DNA of 63,005 bases, the filler included, from Reticulomyxa filosa (taxonomy: Eukaryota > Protista > Foraminifera): the NCBI GenBank assembly GCA_000512085.1. It is 19 parts of 19 records of this genome, joined end to end, with 100 filler letters (N's around TTAATTAATTAA, not from the genome) between each part and the next. Parts side by side here need not be neighbours in the genome. Positions count along the whole stretch, not along the records: positions 11,141 to 18,906 come from ASPP01002216.1; positions 19,007 to 20,754 come from ASPP01010302.1; positions 20,855 to 23,156 come from ASPP01021266.1; positions 23,257 to 33,315 come from ASPP01006493.1; 15 more parts are not named here. One strand, given 5' to 3'. A model generated the notes under the pieces. That model ran no database searches. It was given only the letters and a program-made list of their open reading frames with translations, and was not told the DNA's origin. Positions 11,183 through 24,060 of the stretch are shown piece after piece. A program made the position numbers and the translations under genes. Position 1 is the stretch's first letter; the number at the start of each line of letters is the position of its first letter.

Positions 11183-13780
11183 GCATAACATTTTGCGCAT
11201 CATTTTTTTGATCGTCGACAATACGAACCGTATCTTCATCAGTTTGCTTACTATCGTCACGTTGCGAAACGGGACTGGGAGCGCCTTGGCGATTACCCTG
11301 TTGTTTTACCTTCAATGTGGTATTTGTCGATTTCACCGTTCTCATTTCGAGGGTTGGGGTCATTTCTCGCAAACTCGGAGTTAGCATGGCGTTGTGTCCA
11401 TTTTGTCCCGGCCACACCGCTGCTGCTTTTGTTGATTCTCCGTTTCTTGCGTCCAACATTGACCAATGCAAGATCTAGACATTACAAAAAAATTTGAAAA
11501 AAATAAAAATACATAAATAAACAAATAAATAAAAAGAAGGGGTATATGCACACAAGCGTATATCAAATGTGAAATGTATATACCAAATCAAACAAATGAC
11601 AAAACAGCTCACTGTGTAACATTACAAAAAATACATAACATCATCAAACAAAGAAGTCATCGCAGACCACAAATGCATGCGAGACATACTCAATTTCTCA
11701 AATGCTTTGTCTTCAGACCAGCCTGTGGTATTTGTCAAATATTCTCCTAACTGTTTGTGTGGCAGACACAAGTCCAACAGAACACTTATTTATTTTAAGT
11801 ATTCAGAGATCACACGTATTTTTATTTTTTTAATTTATTGAAAAAAAAAAAAAAAAAAAGGAGAGCGTGTGTAATGTGTGATGTGGTTCAACTTAACTCG
11901 AACAATGTTTGGCTTCTGTGTGTTGACTGAAATCACTTCCGTTGGTTTTTTACACAAATTTACACACACTTCGATATCACGTATCCATTCCGTCTGTTCA
12001 ACTTTTTGATTGGTTGCAATTTCGATTTCGACCCAATCAACAAACACAACAAATACAACAAACAATGATAAGGGATGGAATACGAAAGAATGGACATACA
12101 TTTCAAGTGTCATACATTACATATACACTAGTCAAGTGTTTTGTTTGATTGTTTGTCCGTTTGAACCTGCAGTACAAAGCACTTGGACATGAGCTGTTTT
12201 GGTACTTCCAAAGATAAATCCTTGCTTAATCCCATGCGTGGGTTTGTATTCAAAATTTTCTGCCGTCAAACTTTGCATTCCTTTCCAAACATAAATTTGG
12301 CCATTTTTGGATTTTTTCTGATGGCCACACCACACCAGACAATCGTTGAATAACATCACGTGTCTCATTTTTTGTTGTTTGCGACGAGTTATTCGTCGCA
12401 CGCTTTCCATTTTCAAGTCACCTGATCGGATCAGCATCCGTCCTCGTTTAAGCAATGTTTCATTTTGCATTTCGGATATTAGATTTTCTATTGGGATGAG
12501 TTGCAATTGGCTTTCAATGCTTTTTAGACCTATTTTTTTTTTATTTTTTTTTTTTGAAAAGGTAACTTTTGAATTTTTATTTAAAAAAAAAAAAAAAAAA
12601 AAAAGAAATCAAAAAGAGCCTTGTTTTCGATAGAATGAAAAATTAAACAAATAAACTATTCTTCGATTGAGCATATAACAATTCAAAATGTTTTATTGTG
12701 TCCATTAATTTCTCATGATTCTCCATGTCATCATTCCAACAATCGTGGCATCGTTTCAATATACGGTGATATCTACTCATGCGTGATGTGATGGCGTACA
12801 CGACATACATTGTCAATGTTGGTTCCCCAACGATTTGTCGCAGTTCGTGATACCAAAAATTACTGTTCAAACAAACACATATAAACAAACAAGTGCGTCC
12901 ATCCATATCTATATATTATATATACATAGATTTTTTTTTTTTTTTTTTTTGTTCCTACCCTCTCCCTTTCTTATTACTCATTATTTTTCTTAACGATTGT
13001 TCCGAGTTTTTTTTGTGCTTGGAAAGACAGCTTCTGCTGATGAAGCGACGCTTTAAATGTGTCATTGCATGCTTGTGTCCATTTGTCGTTCCATTTTGGA
13101 TTGTTAAATACATGCTTCAACCATAATGCAAACTCTTCATCGAACAATTTCATTATTTGCACGTGGAGAGATATGTGCGGATACATCCACTCCAGGAATC
13201 CGCTTAGCCATACCTCAAAGGGGTATTTATTCCCTTTCTCAATGTTTGCGAATCTTGTTTGCATTTGTGACAAAAAGTCGACGTGAATGTTTTTCAAGTG
13301 AAGTAATTCTTTACATATGTTTGTATGAAATTGGTTGGGAAGATGCCATTGGCTTGAGTATTCTATCATTGGCTGACAAATTTTCTCACAGACCATTTGC
13401 AAAACCATCAGGTACTGTTCCTCTTCGGTTAACCATTCATAATTTTCTTTCTTTTTTTTATTGCACCAGGTAATAAAACAGGTTGAATATTGGGCAATTT
13501 TTTCGTCATCATTCAAGCAAAACTTGACGTTTTATTATACACGTTTATTGAACTCTCAGCCAAAGGGACATAGAACACACGAGCCCGTTAAACTTGATAT
13601 ATTGTCGTGTCCCTTCAATATTTATTTAGAATCTGGCTCTATTCTCATGAGTTTGTGTTTAATTTTATACTGTTGCTTTATTCCAACAAATTTTTGAAAG
13701 AATTCTTCGTTTTTATATCTGATTACGCACAGTGGCAGAGGCCTCGTGTTTGCTTCTTCATTAAACCAATTTGATAGCAT
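11180..13780 (-). CDS. Dbl-family RhoGEF (divergent DH domain plus PH domain), multi-exon; both ends uncertain
   Basis: DH-like WLTEEEQYLMVLQMV and LTMYVVYAITSRMSRYHRILKR. PH motif GRMLIRSGDLK...RHVMLFNDCLVWC...EQTEWIRDIE. Confidence 0.7.
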
Positions 13781-14349
13781 CGTGAAAGATTTACGTTAAT
13801 ATATAGCGAATTTCTTGAATGGTTCCAATTATATTGGCTGTCTTTGTTTTACGTATGCATACATTGGCTTTTTTTTACGTATTTAAACCAAATGACAATT
13901 TATTATTTGGTCACATCTCCAAATAATGAAAGGAAAACACAATATTTTATATTTGCCCAAAGCCTGTCACGTCACTTGCCTACACAAAAAGAACTTTGCA
14001 AGAAAATGTTTTTCAAAATGGTGGAACATATTTAACCTGAAAAAGGAAAAATGTATCCACAATAATCCAGAGAATATAAAACACATAGAAAGGGAAAAAA
14101 AAAAAGAACATTATACACCACCCACAAAAAACATCAAAACAAGAAATAAAACAAACCCCCCAAAAAAGCAAAAGTAATCTCTTTTGAATAGCACACAAAA
14201 GATATTTTTTAAAATCAAAATAGGGTCTGTTGGCTTGTGATTAATAAAATAAAACAAGGAATAAAAAACGAAAACAAAAATAAAAATGGAAACAAAACAA
14301 AAAACCGTAGTAACAGCAAGCACCAAGTTGCCAGAAAGTTTGTCTTTCT

Positions 14350-17300
14350 TCACACATAAATTCCAAAGGGCAGTATTTCTTTGAATTCTCGTTTCACTTT
14401 GTCAAAGTACTCTTCATCGACGTATTCGTCACTCATCACACACCGTAAAGGTTCTCCAGGATGAGCGTAATTGCACCGCTTTCCAAACAAACAAAGTCTC
14501 GAATCGCTACGTGCAGGATCACAGCAAGGTTGAGTTTTATAGTTTGCCACTCGTGTGCGATATTTCATGTCATCGAATCCATGTGCAAAGTGGCATTTTC
14601 GTCCGTAAGTGCAACGACCTTTGCTGACCCAGTTTTCGCATAATTCAGTTTTGTACAAATCTGACTTTTCTTGAGAATATCCTTTTTTCTTGGTACGTCG
14701 ACGAAGAGTATTCATGTCATTCGAGGTCATGTCTCCATGAACGTGATCCATTTCATCTTCATGGACCAAAGAATTTTCGTTGTCATTGTAGTTATCACTG
14801 AAGTCATTGTCATTGTTATTGTTCGTGCTATTGTTGCTATTGCTGTTATTGTTATTATTGTTGTTGCTATTGTTGTTATTGTTGTTGGAATTATTGCTAT
14901 GAGCAGTGTTGTTGTTGTTATTGTTGTTGTTGTTGTTGGTGTTGGTGCTGTGAGTCGTGTTATTGTTATTCGTATTATTGTTGTTAGTATTACTATTATT
15001 ATTGTTATTATTATTGTTATTATTATTGCTGTTGTTGTTATTGTTGTTGCTGTTGCTATTGCTATTGTTGTTACTGTCATCATTGCTGCCCTTACCCTTG
15101 GTTTTTTGATTGTGATTCACATCAAGTATTTCACGAAATGCATTGTAGTCCCTCGGCCCGCTTCCAATGTCAATCGTTTTAATGTATTCTTTGTGTTTGC
15201 GTAAATGAGGTAACTTCATCATGGTCTCTTCAGAAAGTCTTTGGAAATGATTTTTTCTTATCTTTTGGCTTTCTTTTGTTTCATTGCTATTGCGTGCCCT
15301 TTTTTTTTTTTTTCCCCAAAGGAGTATAAAAAACATGCAATTGAATCAACTCTCTTATAAAAAATTTTTTTTCTTTCCTTCCTCCCCCCCCCCCCCCCCT
15401 AAAAAGAACATCACTTGGGAGTATTTTCTTTCAAAGAGGATTTGTCAACCAAGTATTGATTTTCTTGTCGCCATAATGTCAATTGTGACATCGGAATCTT
15501 CATAATAAAATTGGAAGTGTGCATGCGGACTTCCGCTTGAGGTGGTGTACGATTCCAATCTAAAGACACAACAGTGCCGTTTTCTTTTCCATAAATCACT
15601 TCATCACCAATAGTGAAATTTTCCCATTCCTTTTCGGATGACTTTGTTTCATCCACAGATCCATTTCGCGTGGAAGAGGCTGCACTCGGCAAAGAGGAGC
15701 CCATGGTAAGGCCCGCTCCTTCTTGAGAAGATTTACTTTCAAAAGGATAAGGCCTTTGACCCTGAACAAATGGATACGAGGAAGGTGGCATATTATACGG
15801 TCCACACATCATCGGACCAAAATCAACTCCATGTGGGTAGCCCATGTTTGCATTATTGTTGCCACCAACACCTCCAGGATTTGGCATTGCCATGTTATAT
15901 AAATTTGAGTTCCATGGATATCCCCATGGCTCTATTAGATATCATATGCATAAACAGCAATAACAACAAATAGCACAGATATGTAAGTTTTTCGAGGGTA
16001 TACACAACAACAGCAACAAAAAGCAATTGGATTGGTATCAGTGAAACTTTCAATTGAAAGATAGGATTGAATTGTTTACAAAAAAAAAAATATATGTATA
16101 TATATATAATATATACATATATGTAGATATCATATACCAGCAAAAGCGTTGGGCATGAACATATTTGCATTGGGCGGCATATTCGAAAAGGGATGAAGAG
16201 GTCGTGCAGGATTGTTGAACCCACTGTTATGCGGAACGCCAGGCATTGAGGGGTCAAATGGTGGTGGGAATGGATATGGCATGAATCCGGGTAAAACATT
16301 GGCGTTGGTATTTTCATTTCCTTTGCTATTGTTTGTATTATTATTATTATTATTATTATTGTTGTTGTTATTGTTGTTGTTGCTGTTGTTGCCAGTACTG
16401 TCGCCGCTCTTCAGATTCAATGACTTGTCATCCGATTTGTTCCCTTTGTTATTGACCGAGCCATTTCCAGAGTTGTTGTTATCACGATTGGCGGCAGAGT
16501 TTGCTTGGCTTTTCGTCACGTTATCATTCAACGGCACTGAGAATCCTGTATCGAGACCATTGCCCGTGCTCATTGCAGATGGTGCGGTTTTCGGACCACT
16601 TGCCAATCCAACATCTGCCCACATTGGATTGTACATCATGGGGAAATAGAATGAAGAAGCTGGAGGGACGCCCGCATTGCTGGGGAAACCCATGTTCATA
16701 TTGGCTCCAAAGTCCCAATTCCCACCATTGGCTCCAAATCCGGCCATTGGTGGCATTGCGGAAGGGATGAACATCGCATTGTTGATAACACTATTTCCAT
16801 CCAATGGGCTAATCATTTTGTTATCAGAGCCAATGGAGTTGTTTCGATTGATCATGGGAATACTCAAAGATGATGGATTTGGCATGCTAATATTGCTTGC
16901 CATTGAAACACTACGTTGCAATGCTTGCAGCATATCAGCAAAGTTGTTGGTGTTGTTGTTATTGGGAATGCTATTGTTGTTAGGGATGCTGTTACTATTA
17001 CTATTACTATTACTATTACTATTACTATTACTATTACTATTGCTATTGCTATTACCGATTATATTGTTATTATTTAACAAAGTGGTATGCGTCACTGTAT
17101 CTTTGACTTTGCGCGTGCCATTTTTGTCTAATAATATCTTGCTTACTCCAACGGTTGTTGTCATCATGTCGATCTCCTTTTTTTCACGTGCAGTGAGTTC
17201 CACCACGATTTTCATATTTTCGTTTTCAAGTATTTTTGGAATCAAACTGATGTTAGCTTCGTCTATTGATATTTGGCCCACGTTTATACCAACATCACCG

Positions 17301-17395
17301 TTATCAGCATTTATCATCATGGCTTGTTTGTTGTTGTGATTATCATCGTTGTTATTATTATTATTATTATTATTATCATTATTGTTATTATGATG

Positions 17396-17427
<32 letters not shown>

Positions 17428-18860
17428 GATGGTTGTTGTGATTAGTATTATTGTTCATATTGTCATCATTATCGATTTTGCCATGACCACCCTCTTGTTG
17501 ATTCGTCTTGTCTTCATCCTTCTTCGACTGTCCCTTTCCTTTGCTCATGGACACCGTTTCCACTGTTCGCAATGAAGGCTCCTGCAAAGGAGGCGCAGGA
17601 GTGACAGGGACGGACATATTTCCAATGGATGAGGCCGGAGTTGGAGTTTGAGATGTAATAGTCTCTCGATTTCTTGAGTCGAGAGGCAATGGTCCGAGAA
17701 CATCCTCGACCGTTACGTGTTCGTTGGCCACACTGTTTGGTATTTGTGTATTCCTCATCACTTCAGCGTCAAGTTCGCAAAAATAGCAATATGAGTACAA
17801 CATATACAACAACAATACAAAATTCAAAGAGCGCACTTACGACATAACTCTTCAACGATATCAATTTCTCCATCTGCAATAACGGCGATGATAGGATGAA
17901 TGGTGGAACGTCTTCCGCCGGTAGGGACATGTTGTGGATGGAGATGAGAAGATTGAGTTTGTGAAAACAGCCTCATGGAGCGATTTCCAGACGAGATGAT
18001 ATCATTATTGACATCGAGAAAGGTGTTGTTATTTTCGTCTAGACTCGTCAAAGGTGGTTCCATATAGGGTTTAGTCGGACGCTGTGTGTTTATCACGTTT
18101 GGCACTGTGTTCCGTTCTCTCATTGTAAAAAAAAAAAAAAAAACCAAAACAAAACAAACAAATGAAAATGATTAATTACCACACCGTAGGTGCAGATCTT
18201 GAGCCTCGCCAATGCATTTGATCATCTCTCTCTCCTCTGTCTCCAATATCGCCTCCTTCTTCGACGTCTTGATGAGACGGTTGGTTGACTCGATACAAGG
18301 TGGTATCTCCATTCATGTTCAGGGGTGTGAGACCGGCATATCTGGAAGGTACTTGTCGACTTGTCAAAAGTTCGCTTCGTGGGTCATGATGACGTGCCGC
18401 CGCAGCAGCAGCAACAACAGTAACAGTAGCACCAGCACCAGCACCAGCACCAGCAGAGCCACTATTATACGCAAGAAGGGGGGATAATGGCTCGACATAC
18501 CCATATCCGCCATCACTCGTCGGATAATGGTATGTGCTATGTGGATGGGCCATCAACGGTGCGCCTGTTGTCACACTGCCTGCTGTTGGCCCTGCAGAAG
18601 ATGCTGACAGTACGTGCGGATGAAACTGCGGCGTATAAAACGCGGGCTTGCTCGAATGATGGTCTCCGCTGACGTAATGCCCTTGCTCACTGCTGTTCAT
18701 CGACAATCTTTGCTCTTGCATTACTTTTGAGGCTGATTGAGGGTACAATTGCGGCGTGTGATATCTCGGATTGTGTGCATACGAACTGTTTGGACGTTTC
18801 AACAGAACGTTTGCTTCAGGACTGTCACAACACGTTCACACTTCAATTAGAAAACACAGA
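14350..18860 (-). CDS. Large low-complexity protein with a Tudor/SH3-like barrel and C-terminal TIS11/tristetraprolin-type tandem CCCH zinc fingers, 5'-partial
   Basis: YKTELCENWVSKGRCTYGRKCHFAH, an 18-residue linker, then CCDPARSDSRLCLFGKRCNYAH. ORFs 14350, 15411, 16130, 17824 and 18176 can be joined in frame by GT-AG introns; the 5'-most join is least certain. Confidence 0.8.
14812..15075 (-). repeat. (AAT/AAC)n coding microsatellite (poly-Asn)
   Basis: Long TTA/TTG triplet runs on the + strand. Similar tracts at ~16330-16390, 16990-17050 and 17340-17450 (poly-His/Asn). Confidence 0.9.
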
Positions 18861-18871
18861 AATTTCTCATC

Positions 18872-18906
<35 letters not shown>

Positions 18907-19006
18907 NNNNNNNNNNNNNNNNNNNNNNNNNNNNNNNNNNNNNNNNNNNNTTAATTAATTAANNNNNNNNNNNNNNNNNNNNNNNNNNNNNNNNNNNNNN
19001 NNNNNN

Positions 19007-20641
19007 TATTTGTGGAAGATATGGCCAACGATGGAGACGAAAAGCTAATCGGTTTGTGTGAGTGTAATTCGTCGGGAAATTCAAACAGTATTTATAAATG
19101 CTTCAATAAGTTGGACATTAGCGATTGGACAGGACTCAATCCAAATTCAGTGAACGTTATTCTCCAAATCAGTGATGCCGTCGATGTGAAGTGGTTGGAC
19201 CGTGGCCAAAGTCCATTTCGAATGGACGCTAATGTCACCGTCGAATGCGCCCAAACGTCGCAATTGGATCAATTCAATGCACTCAAACAGATAACTGTAT
19301 ACAACACTTCCAATGGCAGTTCCACCTCCAATTCGTTTTCGCTGACTTGCACGAAAGTCCAATGTGTACATCAAGTGGACGTGGTGATTGAAGACACTCA
19401 CCGTTGTCCGTTTCTGCTGTCTTCGTTGCAATATTATACCAACAGTTTTTAATCATTTGTCTTATTCTCTTCTTTTTTTTTATTTTTTATTTTTTATTTT
19501 TATCTTTTGCTTATGTGCATGTTTGTCGTGAACGCAGATTTTGCGCAGAATGTACTTGAGATCAAAAATCGATAATCAATCCCTTGGCCATTGCGGTCCA
19601 ACCGATGACATAGTGGCCGCCGCAAATCATCAAATGTCGTCTTGCTTTCACGAAATCGAGCTCAGCTCTTTGGCCCACAAGAAACACTCCTTTCAATGGT
19701 CGATGCAACTCACCAATGTTCAACTGCTGGACCATATCACACAGGGAGTCGTCATGCAATTGGAGACCAACTTTACCTGCGTCAATCAATCCAGTTTTCC
19801 ATTCCTATTTTTTTTTTTTTTTTTATTCACACGGTTGAAAGAATATAAAATAAATAAATAAATAAGCATAAATATATACATATATGTATATATGTACATA
19901 TATGTTATGGACAGCACAAGTGTTACACTCATTATCGACACTGAATCCGATAGTGAGTACATCCATGCAAAACGATTATAAGTGTGTGTCTAGCGGATGT
20001 TCAACATATTCGTACACAAGTGTCATTGCAAGTCCATCTTGCCCCATTTTTTTATTTTCCGTCGATTTTTGGCTTACAGGTCATTTCATGCGGATTTCCT
20101 TTTTTGTTTGTTTGTTTGTTTGTTTGTTTATTTTGCATCTCTTATCTTTCTTCTTCATTTCATATTGTTTTTTTGTGTGTGTGTATTCAATTTTGAAGAT
20201 TATCAGACACAGTCCCAATATCTGATGATATGGTTGAATGGAAAGTACTTTGGCCGTTGTGGAGGGAACGCAGACGCGCCAACAGCTCAATTTACAGCTG
20301 CGTAGCCTTGCGGATATATCAGAGTGGATCACTACAGGTGTTGCCGGGGGCAGCCAGCAATGGATAAATGCGACATTAACCACGACGAACGAGGTGAGTG
20401 AGCTGAACAAGGCGATTAATGGATATTTGTTGGATGCACGCACCTCATTGCAATGTGCAGAGTATTCATCACGCAACAAGCAGGTGGCAATGGACCTTTC
20501 TCAAACTCTGGCAACGAAAAAGACCGAAACCACCACCATTCGCTGCACCGGGGCTGCTTGCAACGCCACTGTAACATTTACCGTTTCCGGGTCGAAGTTT
20601 TGCCGAACACCCACTCTCACCGTTCAATTTTGGTCCACAGG
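19007..20641 (+). CDS. Fragment of a Cys-containing tandem-repeat protein, probably extracellular
   Basis: Exons ~19007-19445, 19538-19792, ~19910-20078 and ~20200-20641 show recurring motifs (C-x4-C start; YLxIxxxxxxxGxCG; DISxW). One frame break near 20290-20305. Confidence 0.55.
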
Positions 20642-20869
20642 TTTTATTTTATTTTATTTTATTTTATTTTATTTTATTTATTTGTTTTGTTTTTTTGTTA
20701 TTGTTTGATTTGTCAAAGAAAAATGTCTTCATTATACATATTTTTTTTTTTTTTNNNNNNNNNNNNNNNNNNNNNNNNNNNNNNNNNNNNNNNNNNNNTT
20801 AATTAATTAANNNNNNNNNNNNNNNNNNNNNNNNNNNNNNNNNNNNNNNNNNNNTTTTTTTTTTTGTAA

Positions 20870-21610
20870 TTATTTGTTCCTTCCGCCTTTGCAATGTTTG
20901 GTTATTGCCGAGCAACACATACAAAAGTGTTTCCATTTGGTTGGAAATGTTCGTTGGCGACTCACACAAATAGTCGACGCCACCTTTCTGTTGCGTGCCA
21001 GAGGAGGGGGAACAAAGACTTTTATTTTTTTAGACTTTACTTACACTTTGAAACACAACAATAATTGATTGTAGTTTGTTGGTGACAAAAACTTTTCCTT
21101 TTTTTTTTTGTTGGTGCTGTCTTGGATATTCCGTTTGGTCCCTTTTTTTTAAAAAAAATTTTTGCTATTCTTTTTTGTTTTTAATTTTGTTCCTTAAATT
21201 TGCAAGACAAAATGTGATTTTTTTTTTTATTGCTTGTTGTTTGGTGAAATGATTTTTCTTTTTTCTTGAGTAAAAAGTAGAGTTGGGTTTTTTCACTACC
21301 TCCCCCTTCCCACACACACAAATAACCGCATTTGTATTGTTACACAACCACATAACTTTGCTTGTCGCGTGTGTGTTTCATAAAAGATTGGTGTTTATTA
21401 TTATCATTATTATTATTTTTGTTTTGGTTCGATTTGACTTTGTCCGCAGATGACAAGAGACGAAATGTTGCGGGGGCAATGCTCCATTTTTTTTTCATCA
21501 CTAGTGCAGGGGATAGCAAAAAAAGAGAGTGGATGGCAAGGTGATGTAATGAGGCCTTTATCATGGCTACGCGCTTTGTAATAGGGGGAGAACTTTATGA
21601 TCGTTGTCAA
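20870..21610 (-). CDS. Hypothetical multi-exon gene, 3'-partial
   Basis: Coding-like islands at ~21445-21610 and ~20870-20990 separated by A/T-run-rich introns. No family recognised. Confidence 0.3.
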
Positions 21611-21837
21611 TACACTACTTTTTATTCACTTCTTACGTAGACAAAATTAGCTGTTGTCTTCTCAAGATGTTGGATTATTGAAAAGCAGTTCTCACTCTTT
21701 CCATATGAAAGGATTCGTTTTGTTAAACTTTAAAACAAACCGGTCGTTCTTTTTTTTTTTTGAGCCAGGGCACATTTCTGTCTTTTGTCCCGTACCGTTT
21801 ATTGTTAAAAATTTGTTGAATAATACTAAAGAAAATC

Positions 21838-23125
21838 ATGGCAGCTAGGAATAATTACGTCCCAAAAAGGACAAATACTTGGGATACTCAACAAAACAAG
21901 AACGCAGTGTTCGTTCCGAAAACAGGACCGAGACCACGCGAAGAGGGTTTGAATTACGGATATCCGAACGGTGCACAGCAAAATCGCGGCCACTGGCACT
22001 CAATGTCCGTGTTACCCTCAAACCCACATTCGAGTGATTGGACATTTTCTTCCGATAATGCGAAACGTGTATATGTGTCGGAAGGGAGACAAACCAGGAT
22101 AAATGGTCCAAGAGCGACATATCAAGCAGCGCTTCCGAGATACAATGAAAGGGTATTAACTCAGGAAGAGAGTCGTACCAGTCATAACAATAATAATAAT
22201 TATTACGATAATTATAATAATAATTATTATGATAATTATAATAATAATTACAATAATTATCATAATGATTATGACAACAATTATGATAATAATTATAAGT
22301 ATAATTATAATATTGGTAATAACGACAAGGGCAATCAAAGTAAAGAGACATGGAGAGTACGTAAACAAGACAGAAATAAAAAAGCAAGAGCAGTGAGCAA
22401 TGAGCAAGAAAAAAAGGAAAAAGATGTGCTAAAAATGCCTTTATCTCTGCACTCTCTTTCTTCTTCTTCTTCTTCTTCTTCTCAGCTGAAGCTTGGGAAA
22501 AAAACGTTGGTAGTCGATATCGATGGGACATTGGTTGATATCGACTTACGCTTGCAGCTGGCTCCGGGCTCGGGTCCTGGAGGTGAACGTACCACACAGG
22601 AATGGAGTCTCGTCTTGAATAAGCAGTTCTTCCACATGGACCGCTGCATCGAAACCGCTTTACATTACTTGCGTTTTATCGCAAAAGAGAAGCGATGGAA
22701 TATCATTTATTTATCAGGTTTTTATTATTATTATTATTATTATTATTTATTGGAAAAAAAAAAAAAAAGAATTGAATTATATAACATATACATATATGTA
22801 TATGTTTAAAAGGACGTCTTGAGTCGGGATTGAATGCAACCAAGAGATATTTATTTCAAAAATGGGGCTTTCCATCGGGCCACATTATCCACCGCCCAAG
22901 GGGAAAGAAAACAGAAGTGTTCAAGTTGGAGATGTTGAGCGCATTGTCGCAACAGTATGCGGTCGTTGGCTACATTGGCGATCGCATCATTGACGACTGC
23001 GTGTGCGCCATTCGCGCCAATGTCAGACCCTTGTTGGTTCTCCAGAATGAATGGGTTTATTCTCATCACATTCAAGGCGGATTGGCAAGTATCTTCACTC
23101 AGGCTTGTGAAAGAGAAGGACTACA
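21838..23125 (+). CDS. HAD-superfamily phosphatase resembling the T4 PNK 3'-phosphatase / class IIIB type, with an Asn/Tyr-rich N-terminus; 3'-partial
   Basis: Motif I VVDIDGTL. Motif II IIYLSG|R is restored across intron 22718-22812. Motif III VFK. Motif IV YIGDRIIDD. Confidence 0.8.
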
Positions 23126-24060
23126 GTTTTGGAAACTTTTTTTTTTTTTTTTTTTTNNNNNNNNNNNNNNNNNNNNNNNNNNNNNNNNNNNNNNNNNNNN
23201 TTAATTAATTAANNNNNNNNNNNNNNNNNNNNNNNNNNNNNNNNNNNNNNNNNNNNGATATTTTTTAAAAAAAAATTAGGTCTAAATGTTGATTTTTCAT
23301 ATATATATGTAATAAAAAAATTGTTGTTACAAAAAAAGTCATAATATAAAAAGCAGCTAAAAAAATTTAATGTATAACCTTTCAAATAAATGCAGATATA
23401 GGATAGTACAACATATATGAAAGATAGTCTGTGATTTGTTCTATGTATCTACAAAATTATTTTTACTTTAGTTCTTTTCAATAAAGTATACAAGTCAAAT
23501 ACTAAAAGCAAAATTCTTTTGGTTGTACGGTTTTTTTTTCAAACTATTGAACTGCAAATTAATGACCTAATTGGAAATGTTCAATATGTTTAAAACATAT
23601 GAAGGCAATTATAGTTAAATAACAAGTAAAGCATGTAATTTTAAAGGAAAATAAAAGAATTACATGATAATGTTATTTATGCTATTCGTACGTTGATTTC
23701 ATTTTGGATTTGAATATTCACGTATTTAGAAAAAATTGAAGAACATTTTCTTTCAAATAAAAAATAACATTTTATTTTAGTTATCAGGCATATTAAATGA
23801 AAAGGTAATGAAACTCAGCAATTAAAAGACGAATTAAAACAATAAAAAACAAATACAACAAAATACCAGATATGCCAAGAAACGCACAGCAGAATGTAAA
23901 AAAAAATTGACATTATATCTTTATATTACAGATTTACAAGTTTTTGAGAGTCGTTTTTCAAAAGCTTATTTATGTTGAATTTTTCACGTCATTGTGAATC
24001 TATCAGCTCAAACACAGTCAGTTTTGTGGAAGTAAAAAAAGGATGAGAATCCTATAATCA

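Noticed and set aside
14671-17575. Hydrophobic poly-Ile/Val/Leu/Met ORFs on the + strand
   Set aside because: They are antisense or alternative-frame readings of (AAT)n and (CAT)n tracts in the CCCH gene. The same applies to the antisense ORFs over 21845-22597, 35690-36189 and 50929-54971.
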